Made by a program: the position numbers and the translations under genes | Part shown: piece by piece, positions 37,788-47,577 of the stretch | How positions within the stretch are numbered: position 1 is the stretch's first letter | Layout of the letters: the number at the start of each line of letters is the position of its first letter | Notes under the pieces: generated by a model | Seen by the model: only the letters and a program-made list of their open reading frames with translations | Databases searched by the model: none | Told to the model about the DNA's origin: nothing | Origin: an uncultured Chloroflexia bacterium | Lineage (GTDB): Bacteria > Chloroflexota > Limnocylindria > Limnocylindrales > CSP1-4 | NCBI GenBank assembly: GCA_963798955.1 | Contig: CAWCVO010000002.1 | Location: 615,637 to 679,636, forward strand | Direction of reading: 5' to 3' | DNA length: 64,000 nucleotides

Positions 37788-38387
37788 GGGGCACTCGATT
37801 GGAGTGCTCGATTGAGGCCGCTGGCCGTCGTGGGCAGGCAGCTGGTGCTGGTTGCGTTGCCGGTCGCCGTCGTTCTTGGCGGAGGTCTTAGCGACACGTC
37901 GGCGGCATTTCACAGCGCAGACGCAGCTGCGGTAGCCATGGTGGCCCGCGACGCCCTGGTCGCGGCTCAGACGGCAGCGAATCCACCGGTTGCGTTGTCC
38001 GCCGCGCCTGTCGGCGCGTCTGTGATCGAACAGATGAGGAGTGCCGCTTTCGCTTCGCTGCAGCAGCACTATGCCGGCAGAGAGCTGACGACACTGATGT
38101 CCGTCGTCGACGAGCACCTCGATGCTGACGCTGGCAGCGACATCAGGTACCTGGGCGCCGGAGTTGCCAGCTTCACCGTCACCCGGATGTCACTGTCGGG
38201 AGACAAGGCTGAAGTGGTGGCCGACGCTGAGCTGTGGGCGGAGGTGGCGCAGGTCCAGGGTGCAAAGCTTGTCACGGCCAACCCAAGCGGCCACTCCATC
38301 TTCACGTTTGAACTGAGTCGGATAGATGGCTTCTGGATGGTGGTGGGCCAATCGTCGGCGTTCCCCAACGGCGCCAGTGGACCGTAG
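37785..38387 (+). CDS. hypothetical secreted/membrane protein
   Basis: N-terminal hydrophobic segment (LVLVALPVAVVLGGG); no family recognised. Confidence 0.4.
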   Translation: MGALDWSARLRPLAVVGRQLVLVALPVAVVLGGGLSDTSAAFHSADAAAVAMVARDALVAAQTAANPPVALSAAPVGASVIEQMRSAAFASLQQHYAGRELTTLMSVVDEHLDADAGSDIRYLGAGVASFTVTRMSLSGDKAEVVADAELWAEVAQVQGAKLVTANPSGHSIFTFELSRIDGFWMVVGQSSAFPNGASGP

Positions 38388-38438
38388 GTTGGGCACCACG
38401 AGGCGCGATTGTGCGGGCCGTTGTGCGATAATCTGCAC

Positions 38439-38639
38439 ATGGCCACCAACCTCGACATCGATCCCAGGCTGCTGCATCGCGCGCTCGAGGTCAGCGGCGA
38501 GCGCACCAAGACCGCGGTCGTGACCCGGGCGCTCGAGGAATACGTCGCGCGCCGCGAGCAGAAGCGCCTCCTGGAGCTGTTCGGTGCGCTCGAGTGGGAT
38601 CGTGAGTTCGACTACAAGGCCGAACGTTCTCGCGTGTGA
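38439..38639 (+). CDS. vapB: type II antitoxin, VapB (DUF2191-like)
   Basis: MATNLDIDPRLLHRALEVSGERTKTAVVTRALEEYVARREQ..., the classic VapB N-terminus. Its stop overlaps the vapC GTG start (GTGA). Confidence 0.8.
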   Translation: MATNLDIDPRLLHRALEVSGERTKTAVVTRALEEYVARREQKRLLELFGALEWDREFDYKAERSRV

Positions 38640-39040
38640 ACCTGTTCGTCGACACGAGCGTCTGGTCGCTGGCGTTACGCCGCGACAGGCCGGCTGACGA
38701 TCCTGCCGTCCGCCGATTGCGTCAGGCTCTCGAGGGCGGCGAGGCGGTACTCTCGACTGGCCTTGTCTTGCAGGAGTTGCTGCAGGGATTCTCGGGGCCC
38801 AGGGCCCGGACGTCGATCATCGAACGCTTCACAGCGCTGCCCCTGCTGGTGCCGGATCGCGAAGACCACATCGCTGCGGCCGAGATCCGGAATGCATGCC
38901 GGCGCGGCGGAGTACAAATCGGGACGATCGACGCCCTCCTGGCGCAACTGTGTTTACGACATGAGCTCCTGTTGCTGACGACCGACCGTGACTTCGACCG
39001 GATGGCTCCGTACGCGAAGCTCGCCATCTGGCGTGCCTAA
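38636..39040 (+). CDS. vapC: type II toxin VapC (PIN domain ribonuclease)
   Basis: FVDTSVWSLALRRD...LLTTDRDF, with the PIN acidic residues (D6, E, D, D) in the expected positions. Confidence 0.8.
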   Translation: MNLFVDTSVWSLALRRDRPADDPAVRRLRQALEGGEAVLSTGLVLQELLQGFSGPRARTSIIERFTALPLLVPDREDHIAAAEIRNACRRGGVQIGTIDALLAQLCLRHELLLLTTDRDFDRMAPYAKLAIWRA

Positions 39041-39043
39041 CCG

Positions 39044-39661
39044 ATGACGCGCCTCGCAGCGGCCCTGGCCGTTCTGTTCGTCGCCCTGGCCTGCGCCGGG
39101 CCGACTGTGTCGCCCGACACCTCGCCGTCGACGTCTCCGTCAAGCCCGAGCCCAACCGTGGACTGTTCGCCGTACAGCCAATCCGCCGCCGCCGAGCTGA
39201 CGCCCGGCTTCGACCCCGTCCTCGAGGCCCTCTTCCCGCCCAGCATCGACGGCCACGCGCTGCACCAGCCGGTCTCGTCAGGCTCATTGATCGCCTCGCT
39301 GTGTTCCCAGGCTTCCGACCCGTCCTACGCACAGGAGTTCGCCGACCACCTGCCGGCCGGCTGGAACTTTGGCTCGCTGACGAACGCGGCGGCCCAGTAC
39401 GACTTTCCCGAGCTGCCCTACCTGCTGGCGGTCCGGGCTCCGGGCGAGCAGGGATCAGAGTTGTTCAACGCGGTGAGCACGATGCCCGATGCGAACGGGC
39501 TCGCCGATGCGCCGGTCCAGGAGGTCGGCGGCAAGCAGGCGAGCGTGCTCACCGATCAGTCGGAGCAGAACCTCTACATCTACGCGACCGGCGAGGTGCT
39601 CTTCCTGGTGGAAAACGCGAGCGACTCCGACGCCGCGGCCATACTGGCGGCCTTGCCCTAG
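39044..39661 (+). CDS. lipoprotein, hypothetical
   Basis: Lipobox LACAG and a Ser/Pro-rich linker; no domain recognised. Confidence 0.45.
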   Translation: MTRLAAALAVLFVALACAGPTVSPDTSPSTSPSSPSPTVDCSPYSQSAAAELTPGFDPVLEALFPPSIDGHALHQPVSSGSLIASLCSQASDPSYAQEFADHLPAGWNFGSLTNAAAQYDFPELPYLLAVRAPGEQGSELFNAVSTMPDANGLADAPVQEVGGKQASVLTDQSEQNLYIYATGEVLFLVENASDSDAAAILAALP

Positions 39662-39684
39662 TCGAGGCCGCGACGGCCCGTCGG

Positions 39685-40530
39685 TCAACCAGCGACAGGA
39701 CCTGACAGGGCCACGGGCGGCTGCCCGCAGGCGACTTCGATCCCCGAGGCACCGTTCTCGCCAACGTCCACCTTCGTCGATGGCACGCCGGGCCCGAACT
39801 GGCTCCGCCTGAACTCGTTCCCGACCGCGCTCAGCGTCCAAGTACCTGCGACCAGGTACATCGTGAAGTGCCCGTTGGGCCGCGTCACTGCGCTCGCTGT
39901 GAATGTCCCCTGAGCGGTACTCGCCTTCACCGAACCCTCGCAGCCGGCTCCGCCGCGGTCCACCACCACCCCGGTGACCAGGGTAAACAACGGAAACGAG
40001 AGGTCGACGACCAGGCCATCAAACGGGACGCTCAAGTTGCAGTCCGGATTGTGATGGTCGGAGTTCGCCATGGGAGCGCCAGACGCGGACAGCGTGTACA
40101 CGGGGTAACCGATGTAACCCTGGGTCGGACTGATCCAGATGCAATACGAGCCGGGCATTCGGAAGTTGAGCAGACGGACGCCTGGTCCCTCCTTGCTGCC
40201 AACGTAGTCGTCCTGCCGGTCGAGTGAGTTCGCATATGCCACCGCTCGCCACGCTGGCGATCCGTCCGCGAACGACATGCGCAGCAGGACCGAATAGGGC
40301 GGCATCCCGGTGGCCGTTGGTGTCGGCGTCGGCGCCGTTGTCGGGCTTGCGCTGGGAGGTAACGGCGCGTCTGAAGGTGTCGGAGCCGGGGTGACAAGGG
40401 AAGGCGCTACGGAAGGCGAGCCGACCGACGTGGATGGCGATTCGGACGGCGCTCCGCAGCCTGCAATCGCGAGCAACGCCGCCAGGACTACCGACAGGGC
40501 ATTAGTGCGGGCGGGCCAGAGACGACGCAC
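39685..40530 (-). CDS. lipoprotein with carboxypeptidase-regulatory-like beta-sandwich domain
   Basis: Lipobox IAGCG, a PT-rich linker, and GVVVDRGGAGCEGSVKAS...GHFTMYLVAGTWTL resembling CarboxypepD_reg. Confidence 0.45.
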   Translation of the reverse strand: MRRLWPARTNALSVVLAALLAIAGCGAPSESPSTSVGSPSVAPSLVTPAPTPSDAPLPPSASPTTAPTPTPTATGMPPYSVLLRMSFADGSPAWRAVAYANSLDRQDDYVGSKEGPGVRLLNFRMPGSYCIWISPTQGYIGYPVYTLSASGAPMANSDHHNPDCNLSVPFDGLVVDLSFPLFTLVTGVVVDRGGAGCEGSVKASTAQGTFTASAVTRPNGHFTMYLVAGTWTLSAVGNEFRRSQFGPGVPSTKVDVGENGASGIEVACGQPPVALSGPVAG

Positions 40531-40627
40531 AGCTTCCCGAATCTGGCACCCTGCCGCCCGCCGTCAAGTGCCGCTTGTAAAGAAAGCAACCATAGGTCGG
40601 CCGGTCACCCCCGCCTAGACTGCGCCG

Positions 40628-41665
40628 ATGCCGCAACGCGAGGACAAACCGCGCTGGTCGGATGTGCCCGAAGGTCTCCGGCTCAGGGTGGATGAGCTGC
40701 TCGGAACGCGGGTCCTGGGGGCAAGGCGCGCGTTCGGCGGATATGGCCCGTCGGGAACCTTCGTCCTGTCGCTCGAGAACGGCCAGCGGGCGTTCGTCAA
40801 GGCCGTCTATCCCCTGCCCGAGGGGTCCCACGTGCGCTGGTCACTCGACCTCGAGGAACGGGTCTACGGCGAGCTTGGCGAGTACATAAATCCATGGGCC
40901 CCGCGCTACCTGGGCGCCGTCCGGGAAGCCGGCTGGCATGCCCTCCTGCTCGAGGCGGTGCGCGGCAGACGCTTTCCGCCGTGGAGCGACCGTACGGCCG
41001 CTTTGGCGGCGCGCTCGTACGCTCGTTTTCACGCCTCGACCATTGGCCGGCCGCTGCCGGATTGGCTGCCACGCGACGAGCACCTCGAGTTCGCCGGGTT
41101 CTGGCCCGCAATTGCCGACGACCCGCAGGCACTCGATCGCCTGATCCGGTGCGCACGCGGACGCAGCGCCGAGGCGCGCGCCTGGCTGTCAGCCAACCTG
41201 GATGCCCTGGCGAAGGCCGCGACGCCCCTGCCCGAGATCGGCGAGCCGTTTGCGCTGCTGCACTTCGACACACGCTCCGACAACATCCGCCTCGACGGCG
41301 ACCTGCTGCGCATGTTCGACTGGCCGTTCGCCTGCGCTGGCCCGCTGGAATTCGACCTGGCCGCGTTCGCCCAGTCGATCGAGTCGGAGGGCGGGCCGCA
41401 GGCCGAGCAGGTGACGGGCTGGTATGCGGGGGTCATGCCTCCCCGGACAGAAGCCATCAGCGCCTGTGTGGCGGCGATTGCCGGCTACTTTGCCGACCGC
41501 GCGCCACGACCCGAGCTGCCCGGCCTGCCGCGCCTGCGCTCCGTCCAGCGGCGCCAGCTCAAGGCATCGCTCGCATGGGCCGACGCGCAACCTGCGCCTG
41601 CCACCGCCCGAATGGCTGTCGAGCGTCGCCGACTGAGCCTGTGGATACAATCGGGGCGCCGATGA
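40628..41665 (+). CDS. phosphotransferase enzyme family protein (APH-like kinase fold)
   Basis: LLHFDTRSDNIRLDGDLLRMFDW (HxDxxxxN catalytic loop plus the DW/DFG-like motif) and an N-terminal nucleotide-binding lobe (AFVKAV). Confidence 0.7.
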   Translation: MPQREDKPRWSDVPEGLRLRVDELLGTRVLGARRAFGGYGPSGTFVLSLENGQRAFVKAVYPLPEGSHVRWSLDLEERVYGELGEYINPWAPRYLGAVREAGWHALLLEAVRGRRFPPWSDRTAALAARSYARFHASTIGRPLPDWLPRDEHLEFAGFWPAIADDPQALDRLIRCARGRSAEARAWLSANLDALAKAATPLPEIGEPFALLHFDTRSDNIRLDGDLLRMFDWPFACAGPLEFDLAAFAQSIESEGGPQAEQVTGWYAGVMPPRTEAISACVAAIAGYFADRAPRPELPGLPRLRSVQRRQLKASLAWADAQPAPATARMAVERRRLSLWIQSGRR

Positions 41666-42036
41666 CGAGCAAGTTCCGGGGCGGCCAGATCTACGGCATC
41701 CCGATCACCACGTTGTTCGACGAAAACGATTCGATCCGCTGCGAGGGCTGTGGCGAGCCGATCGCCGGCACGCCATTCCGGGTCTCGCTGCTCGACATCG
41801 TTTCGCCCGAGGCACCGCCGTCATGGGCAGTGGGCGCCCGCCTCAACCCGGGGCCGCACGAATTCCACGCCGATCCCGCACATTTCCGCACCTGGGCAGG
41901 TCGTCGCGGTTACCTGTTCTGCCGGCTGTCCGACGTGCGCGAGATCATGCGTCCGGTGGCAATCCCAGGCGATGGCGAGCGGTGGGGCCTGTGCGATGGG
42001 CTGCACCACCAGGCGCACGAGTTCGTACCCGCCTAA
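41662..42036 (+). CDS. small hypothetical protein (124 aa), translationally coupled to the phosphotransferase
   Basis: MTSKFRGGQIYGIPITTLFDENDSIRCEGCGEP...; ATGA overlap with the upstream gene; no family recognised. Confidence 0.45.
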   Translation: MTSKFRGGQIYGIPITTLFDENDSIRCEGCGEPIAGTPFRVSLLDIVSPEAPPSWAVGARLNPGPHEFHADPAHFRTWAGRRGYLFCRLSDVREIMRPVAIPGDGERWGLCDGLHHQAHEFVPA

Positions 42037-42060
42037 AGGGACGGGCAAGAGGAGTACGAG

Positions 42061-43110
42061 ATGAGCCTTTCCGGGCTGCTGCCGGCAATCACGGCCGTGC
42101 TGGCACTGGTCTTCGCTGCGGCGCTCTTCGATCAGTGGCGCGAGCGGCGCCGTGCATACCAGCTCGTCTGGGGCGTGGGAATGCTGTTCTACGCCATCGC
42201 AGCCGGTGTCGAGGCACTCGCCCAGGTCAGCGGCTGGAGTGAGCTTCTGTACCGCGGCTGGTTCCTGGTCGGCGGCGTATGGCTGGTCGGCTGGCTGGGA
42301 CTGGGCACCGCCTTCCTGCTCGGCCGAACGCGCTTCGGCTACGGCTTCGCGCTGTGCATCTTCCTCGCCGGCCTGTTCACCTTCCTGACACCGCGGCGCA
42401 GCCCGACCGAGTACGCCGACGCCGGACTGCTGCCGCTGATCTACTTCGTCGTCGCCGCCGCGCTCGCGGTGGTGATCGTCATCGAGACCTACTTCGCCAA
42501 CGAGCGCTGGCCGTGGTTCGCGGCGGCAGCCGTCGTGGGCGCCACTCTGCTGTCCGCGGTCCTGATGGTCGCCACCGCGCTGCCCGCGCCGGGCTACCTG
42601 GTCGCCGCCGGCAGCAACGCTCCAGATGCCAGCCTCTTTCCCTCGAGCCTGCGGCTGCTGGCGCCGTTCATGAACGTCACCGGCGCTTTCTCGCTGGTCC
42701 TTGGCGCGCTCTTGTCGGCCTACGTGTTCATGCCCAAGAAACGGGTCCTGAACTACTCGCTCGACCCGGAGCAGCCCGGCGAGCAGTTCCTCTTCAACCT
42801 GGTCATCTCGCCGGTGGCGATCACCGTCAACTTCTTCGCCTCGCTGCCCGGGGCACTGCGGGCACTGGTGGCCGGACGGATCCACAGCCGCGTGCCGGCC
42901 ACGTTGCTGATCGCCATTGGGGCCTTCATTCCCACCGTGACCGACAGCCTCTACCGCCTGGGTTCGTCCGAGCTGTACGAAGCCGGCCACCTGTTCGGCG
43001 TGCTGTTCATCTTTGCCGGCTTCCTGGTCTCGATCGAGGTGTTCCGCGAGATCCGCGTGCCCTTCACCGGGCGCACGCTGCGTGCCGCGCGCCAGGAACG
43101 CGTCGGCTGA
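42061..43110 (+). CDS. polytopic membrane protein, hypothetical
   Basis: About 9 predicted TM helices; no recognised family. Confidence 0.5.
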   Translation: MSLSGLLPAITAVLALVFAAALFDQWRERRRAYQLVWGVGMLFYAIAAGVEALAQVSGWSELLYRGWFLVGGVWLVGWLGLGTAFLLGRTRFGYGFALCIFLAGLFTFLTPRRSPTEYADAGLLPLIYFVVAAALAVVIVIETYFANERWPWFAAAAVVGATLLSAVLMVATALPAPGYLVAAGSNAPDASLFPSSLRLLAPFMNVTGAFSLVLGALLSAYVFMPKKRVLNYSLDPEQPGEQFLFNLVISPVAITVNFFASLPGALRALVAGRIHSRVPATLLIAIGAFIPTVTDSLYRLGSSELYEAGHLFGVLFIFAGFLVSIEVFREIRVPFTGRTLRAARQERVG

Positions 43111-44086
43111 CCTGAACCGCTCGATTACCGGCGCCGCCCTGGTCGGGACCGGGGCGGCACTGTTCGGCACGCTGGGCTACCTGTCGCGTACCGCGGCCTC
43201 TTTCGGCGTCGACGCGCTGGGCTTCGTCCTGTGGCGCGCCGCGATTGGCTCGCTCACGCTGTTCGCCGTGGCCGCGCTGCTGGTCGCGTATCGCCGCGGA
43301 ACGCTGGCCGACCTGAATCCGTGGTCACTTTCCCCCTCGCGCCGAGTCGCCCTGTTCACCGCCGCACTGTGTGGCGCGCTGCTCAACGTCGCCATGTTCG
43401 CCGCCTTCGCCACCACGACCATCGCCGTCGCGCTGATCTGCTTCTATTCGTACCCGGCGATCGTCACGGTCGCGGCCGCGCGCCTCTATCACGAGCGCCT
43501 GGCGCCGCTGCGAGTCGCTGCCCTGCTGCTGTCCTGCGTGGGCCTGGTGCTCGTCGTCGTGGCGCCCCTGCTCAGCTCCAGCGCCGTACTCGTCAGCCCA
43601 TTGGGCGTCGGCCTGGCGCTCTTCGCAGCCCTGTGCCAGGCGACCTTCATCCTCGTATCCGGTCGCGGCTTTGGCTCGATGCCGGCGCTGAACGTGTCCG
43701 CGTGGGTAATCCTGGTCGCAGTTGTGGTCACCCTGCCGCTCGCCCTCGTGGTCGACACGGGCGCCTTCGCCGGACCGCTGGTTGATCCCGGGGCATGGCC
43801 GGCGGTGCTCGCCGGGGGAATCGCCGCCGCGGCCGTCTCGACGACCCTGTTCGTGACCGGCATCGGGATGATCGGGCCGAGCCGCGCGGCCATCATGATG
43901 ACCGTCGAGCCGCTGGTGGGCGTGAGCCTGGCCGCGCTCCTGCTCGGCGAGCAGTCGACGCCACTGCAGCTCCTGGGTGGGGCCGCGGTGATCGTCGCCG
44001 CGATCATCCTCCAGGTCGCACCACGAGCGCCGGTGGTCGCCGTTGTCGACGCTCCTGCCGAGCAGTCATTCGGGCCGCTGGTCTGA
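43083..44086 (+). CDS. EamA/DMT-family transporter
   Basis: Two EamA-like halves (LWRAAIGSLTLF...; ...GIGMIGPSRAAIMMTVEPLVGVSLAALLLGE). The start is uncertain: the GTG near 43083 is the best candidate, and the track ORF from 43013 overlaps the upstream gene. Confidence 0.65.
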
Positions 44087-44089
44087 CGG

Positions 44090-44500
44090 CTGGCCGGCGG
44101 AGCGTGTTTGCCGGCGGAGCGTGTTGGCCGGCGGCGTTGTCGATCATTTGCGCGCCGGATGCGACTTAGGCGCGGCGGGCCGAGTTTGTCGATCATTTGC
44201 GCGCCGGATGCGACTTAGGCGCGGCGGATCGCGGTGGGCGGTCAGTTTCGGTGTCACCTGCGCACCCAGTGCGACGTAAGGCTGGTTTCGAGACCCTGGC
44301 GCGGGATAGCGGCCCCACCATCGTGGCCAAGTCGCGCCAGGTGCGCAGATGACCGGCGGGAGGCAGCTATCGCCGGTTAGTACGCGCCAGGTGCGCAGAT
44401 GACCGGCAGGAGGCAGCGTTTGCCGGTTAGTACGCGCCAGGTGCGCAGATGACAGTCGTCAAGCGGCCGTTCCCTGGTTGGTGCGCGTCACGTGCGCACG
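44090..44500. repeat. tandem direct repeat array (MIRU/VNTR-like), several related units of ~46-59 bp
   Basis: Units: GCGCGCCGGATGCGACTTAGGCGCGGCGG...TTTGTCGATCATTT x2 (period 59); GCGCCAGGTGCGCAGATGACCGGC(G/A)GGAGGCAGC...GCCGGTTAGTAC x2 plus a partial third (period 46); shorter CCGGCGGAGCGTGTT(T/G)G x2. They share the core GCGC-N7-GCGCA. Confidence 0.75.
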
Positions 44501-44659
44501 AGCCATGGGCGGGACGCCGGGACGTGACATCCGGCTGGCATTCTGCGGGCCTTTCGGGGAAGTCACTGGCGGAAGGCCGCGTCTATACTCCGGGCGGCCT
44601 TGCGGCCGGTGTCGGCCTGGCGGGGCGGCATCACCCGACAACACTTCATCGAGGTAGCT

Positions 44660-45538
44660 TTGCGCGTCCGAAAAGCCGTCTTTCCGGCCGCGGGCTGGGG
44701 GACGCGATTCCTGCCCGCGACCAAGGCGCAGCCCAAGGAGATGCTGCCGCTCGTCGACAAGCCGGTCATCCAGTACGGCATCGAGGAGGCAGTCGCCGCC
44801 GGCGTCGAGCAGGTGATCATCGTCACCAGCAGCCAGAAGCGGGCGATCGAGGACCATTTCGACCACAACTACGAACTCGAGCACCTGCTCGAGGACAAGG
44901 GCGACATCGAGATGCTGCGGCGCGTGCGGCAGATCGGCGACATGGTCCAGATCAGCTACGTGCGCCAGAAGGAGCAGCTGGGCCTGGGCCACGCCGTGCT
45001 GATGGCCAAGGAGCTGGTCGGCCACGAACCCTTCGCCGTCATCCTGTCCGACGACGTGGTCATCTCCGACCGGCCGGCCATCGGGCAGCTCATCGAGGCC
45101 TACCGCGAGACGCATTCCTCGGTCGTGGCCGTCATGGAAGTGCCGCGCGATGACGTGAGCCGCTACGGCATCATCAATCCCGATCCCAACACGGGCAGCA
45201 GCGATACGCGCCTGCATCGCCTGCTGGGCATGGTCGAGAAGCCGCCGCCCGAGACAGCACCGAGCAACCTGGCCATCATCGGCCGCTACGTGCTGACGCC
45301 CAAGATTTTCGAAAAGCTCGAAGCGACGCAGCGCGGCGCCGGCGGCGAGATCCAGCTCACCGACGCGATCGAGGCGCTCATGGCCGAGCAGGACATCTAC
45401 GCGTATGCGTTCGAGGGAAGGCGTTATGACGCAGGCACTACCATGGGCTGGCTCAAGGCCTCGGTCGAGCTGGCGCTCGAACGTCCGGACATCGGTGCCG
45501 AGTTCAGGCACTATCTCGCCGGGCTGGACCTGAGCTGA
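44660..45538 (+). CDS. galU: UTP--glucose-1-phosphate uridylyltransferase
   Basis: VRKAVFPAAGWGTRFLPATKAQPKEMLPLVDKPVIQYGIEEAVAAGVEQVIIVTS, the GalU signature. TTG start with GAGG 5 nt upstream; the track ORF starts at 44600. Confidence 0.88.
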   Translation: MRVRKAVFPAAGWGTRFLPATKAQPKEMLPLVDKPVIQYGIEEAVAAGVEQVIIVTSSQKRAIEDHFDHNYELEHLLEDKGDIEMLRRVRQIGDMVQISYVRQKEQLGLGHAVLMAKELVGHEPFAVILSDDVVISDRPAIGQLIEAYRETHSSVVAVMEVPRDDVSRYGIINPDPNTGSSDTRLHRLLGMVEKPPPETAPSNLAIIGRYVLTPKIFEKLEATQRGAGGEIQLTDAIEALMAEQDIYAYAFEGRRYDAGTTMGWLKASVELALERPDIGAEFRHYLAGLDLS

Positions 45539-45604
45539 GGGCAGCCGACCGACCGCAGCGTCGGCCAGCCAGACGTAGGGGTTAACCGCAGGGCAGGAGA
45601 AGTC

Positions 45605-47555
45605 TTGGCCGAAGTCGGGCAGGTACTTGCCGGCCGCTATCGCCTCGTCGAGTTGCTCGGCCAGGGGGGCATGGCGACCATCTTCCGGGGACACGACGTC
45701 CAGCTCGGGCGCGACGTCGCGGTCAAGGTGCTGCGCGCCGAGTACGGCCGCGACCCGGCATTCGTGGCGCGCTTCCGCCAGGAGGCGCAGTCGGCCGCCG
45801 CGCTGAGCCATCCCAACGTGGTCAACGTCTTCGACTACGGCATGGAGCAGGGCGACCCGTTCATCGTCATGGAGCTGATCGACGGCGGCGACCTGGCGTC
45901 GATCCTGCGCGAGCGCGGGCCTTTCGAGCCACTCGCCGCGGCGCGCGTCGCGCAGCAGATCTTCGAGGCCCTCGACGCGGCCCATGCGCGCGGCATCGTG
46001 CATCGCGACATCAAGCCGACCAACGTGCTCATCGGCGCCGGCGGTCGCGTCAAGGTGGCCGACTTCGGCATCGCGCGCGCCTTCAGCGAAGCGCAGCTGA
46101 CGATGCCCGGGACGACCCTCGGCAGCGTCCACTACTTCAGCCCCGAACAGGCGCGCGGCGAGATGGTGACGGCGGCCTCCGACATCTACTCGACCGGCCT
46201 CGTGCTGTTCGAGATGCTGACGGGCCAGCGCGCCTGGACAGGCGATTCTGCGGGCGCGGTCGCGGTGGCGCGCCTGGCCGGCGACCCGCCGGCGCCCTCG
46301 TCGATCAACCCCGAGGTGCCGCCGATCCTGGACGCCATCGTCCGGCGAGCGCTGGCACGGGCGCCGGCTGATCGGCCGAGCGCCGGCGAACTGGCCGCGC
46401 TGCTCGGCCGCTACATCGCCGACCCGGCCGGCGCCGCGGCGATGACGATCATGCCGCCCGTGCCCGCACCCCTGCCCGCGCCCGCGGTCCGCCGCTGCCG
46501 CACCGCCGCCAGCCAATATGCCGCCGAGCATCCCGTCTGCCGGCGGTCCAACAGGGCCCATGGCGCCGGGCGTCGTGTACGGCGGTGCCCGCCGTGGACT
46601 GCCGCCCCGCCAGCCGCCATACGTCGATGAGGACCTCGACGAGGATGGGGACGGTACCGGGCCATGGGGCTGGATTGCCGCCATCCTGGGTGTGCTGGTG
46701 CTCTTCGCCGGGGGCGTGCTGCTGTTCCTCTTGATCGGCAGCCGCGCCAACCCGACATCGTCGCCGATCGCCAGTACCGGCCAGTTCGCAATGCCTTCGT
46801 TCATCGGCCAGGCCATCACCGACGCCCAACATATGGCCGACCAGACCGGGCTACAGCTGACCGTGGGCGCCTACCAGGTAACCGACACCTCGACCGAGGG
46901 CACCGTCATCGCGCAGGACCCCGCCCCGGGCGCACCGGTCAGCCATGGCGACAAGGTCACGGTCACGGTCGCCACGCAACAGGTGACTGTGCAGGTGCCC
47001 GATCTTCGGCTGCGCACGGAGGCCGAGCTGTTCAGCCTCCTCGCGCAGAGTTCCCTGGTGCCCGGCGTGCGCAGCCAGGACTACGACCCCGACGTGCCGG
47101 CCACCCTCGTCATCCGCACCAATCCGCGCGCCGGCGTCGAGGTGGCCAACGGTACGAGCATCGACTACGTGATCTCGCTCGGCCCGCCACCGACTCCCTC
47201 GCCCACGCCCAGCCCATTCCTGACGCCGTCGCCGACATTCACGATGACACCGCCGCCAACCGAACTGCCCACGCCGACGCCCACGCCGACGCCCACGCCG
47301 ACACCGCCACCGACGCCGCAACCGACACCCGCCCCCACGCCGGTCACCGTGGGTCACTATGTCGATCCCTACCAGCCCGACCTGGCTCATGCCGAGGCGC
47401 AGATAGTCGCCGATGGCCTGCAGGTGGGCGTGGTGTGGCCGAACGGCGACGATCCGAGCTCGATCGTCTGCCTGCAGTACCCCGCGGCCGACTCGCTGGT
47501 GCCGCCGGGCACCCTCGTCCACCTCTTCGTCAAACCAGCCAGCGACTCCTGCTGA
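45605..47555 (+). CDS. pknB: PknB-like Ser/Thr protein kinase with TM and three PASTA domains; apparent +1 frameshift near 46450-46517
   Basis: Kinase domain ([16 protein letters not shown]...VAVKVL...[11 protein letters not shown]...DFGIA...[11 protein letters not shown]) in frame 2. The TM and PASTA repeats ([15 protein letters not shown]..., [15 protein letters not shown]..., [21 protein letters not shown]...) continue in frame 0. Both frames are open across the GC-rich junction. Confidence 0.85.
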
Positions 47556-47577
47556 GCGCGGCGTAGACTCGATCCTC

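Noticed and set aside
44090-44500. CRISPR array
   Set aside because: The whole 46-59 bp units are mutually similar: the 'spacer' portions are conserved between units. Unit lengths and periods vary, and no cas genes are present. These are tandem direct repeats, not repeat-spacer structure.
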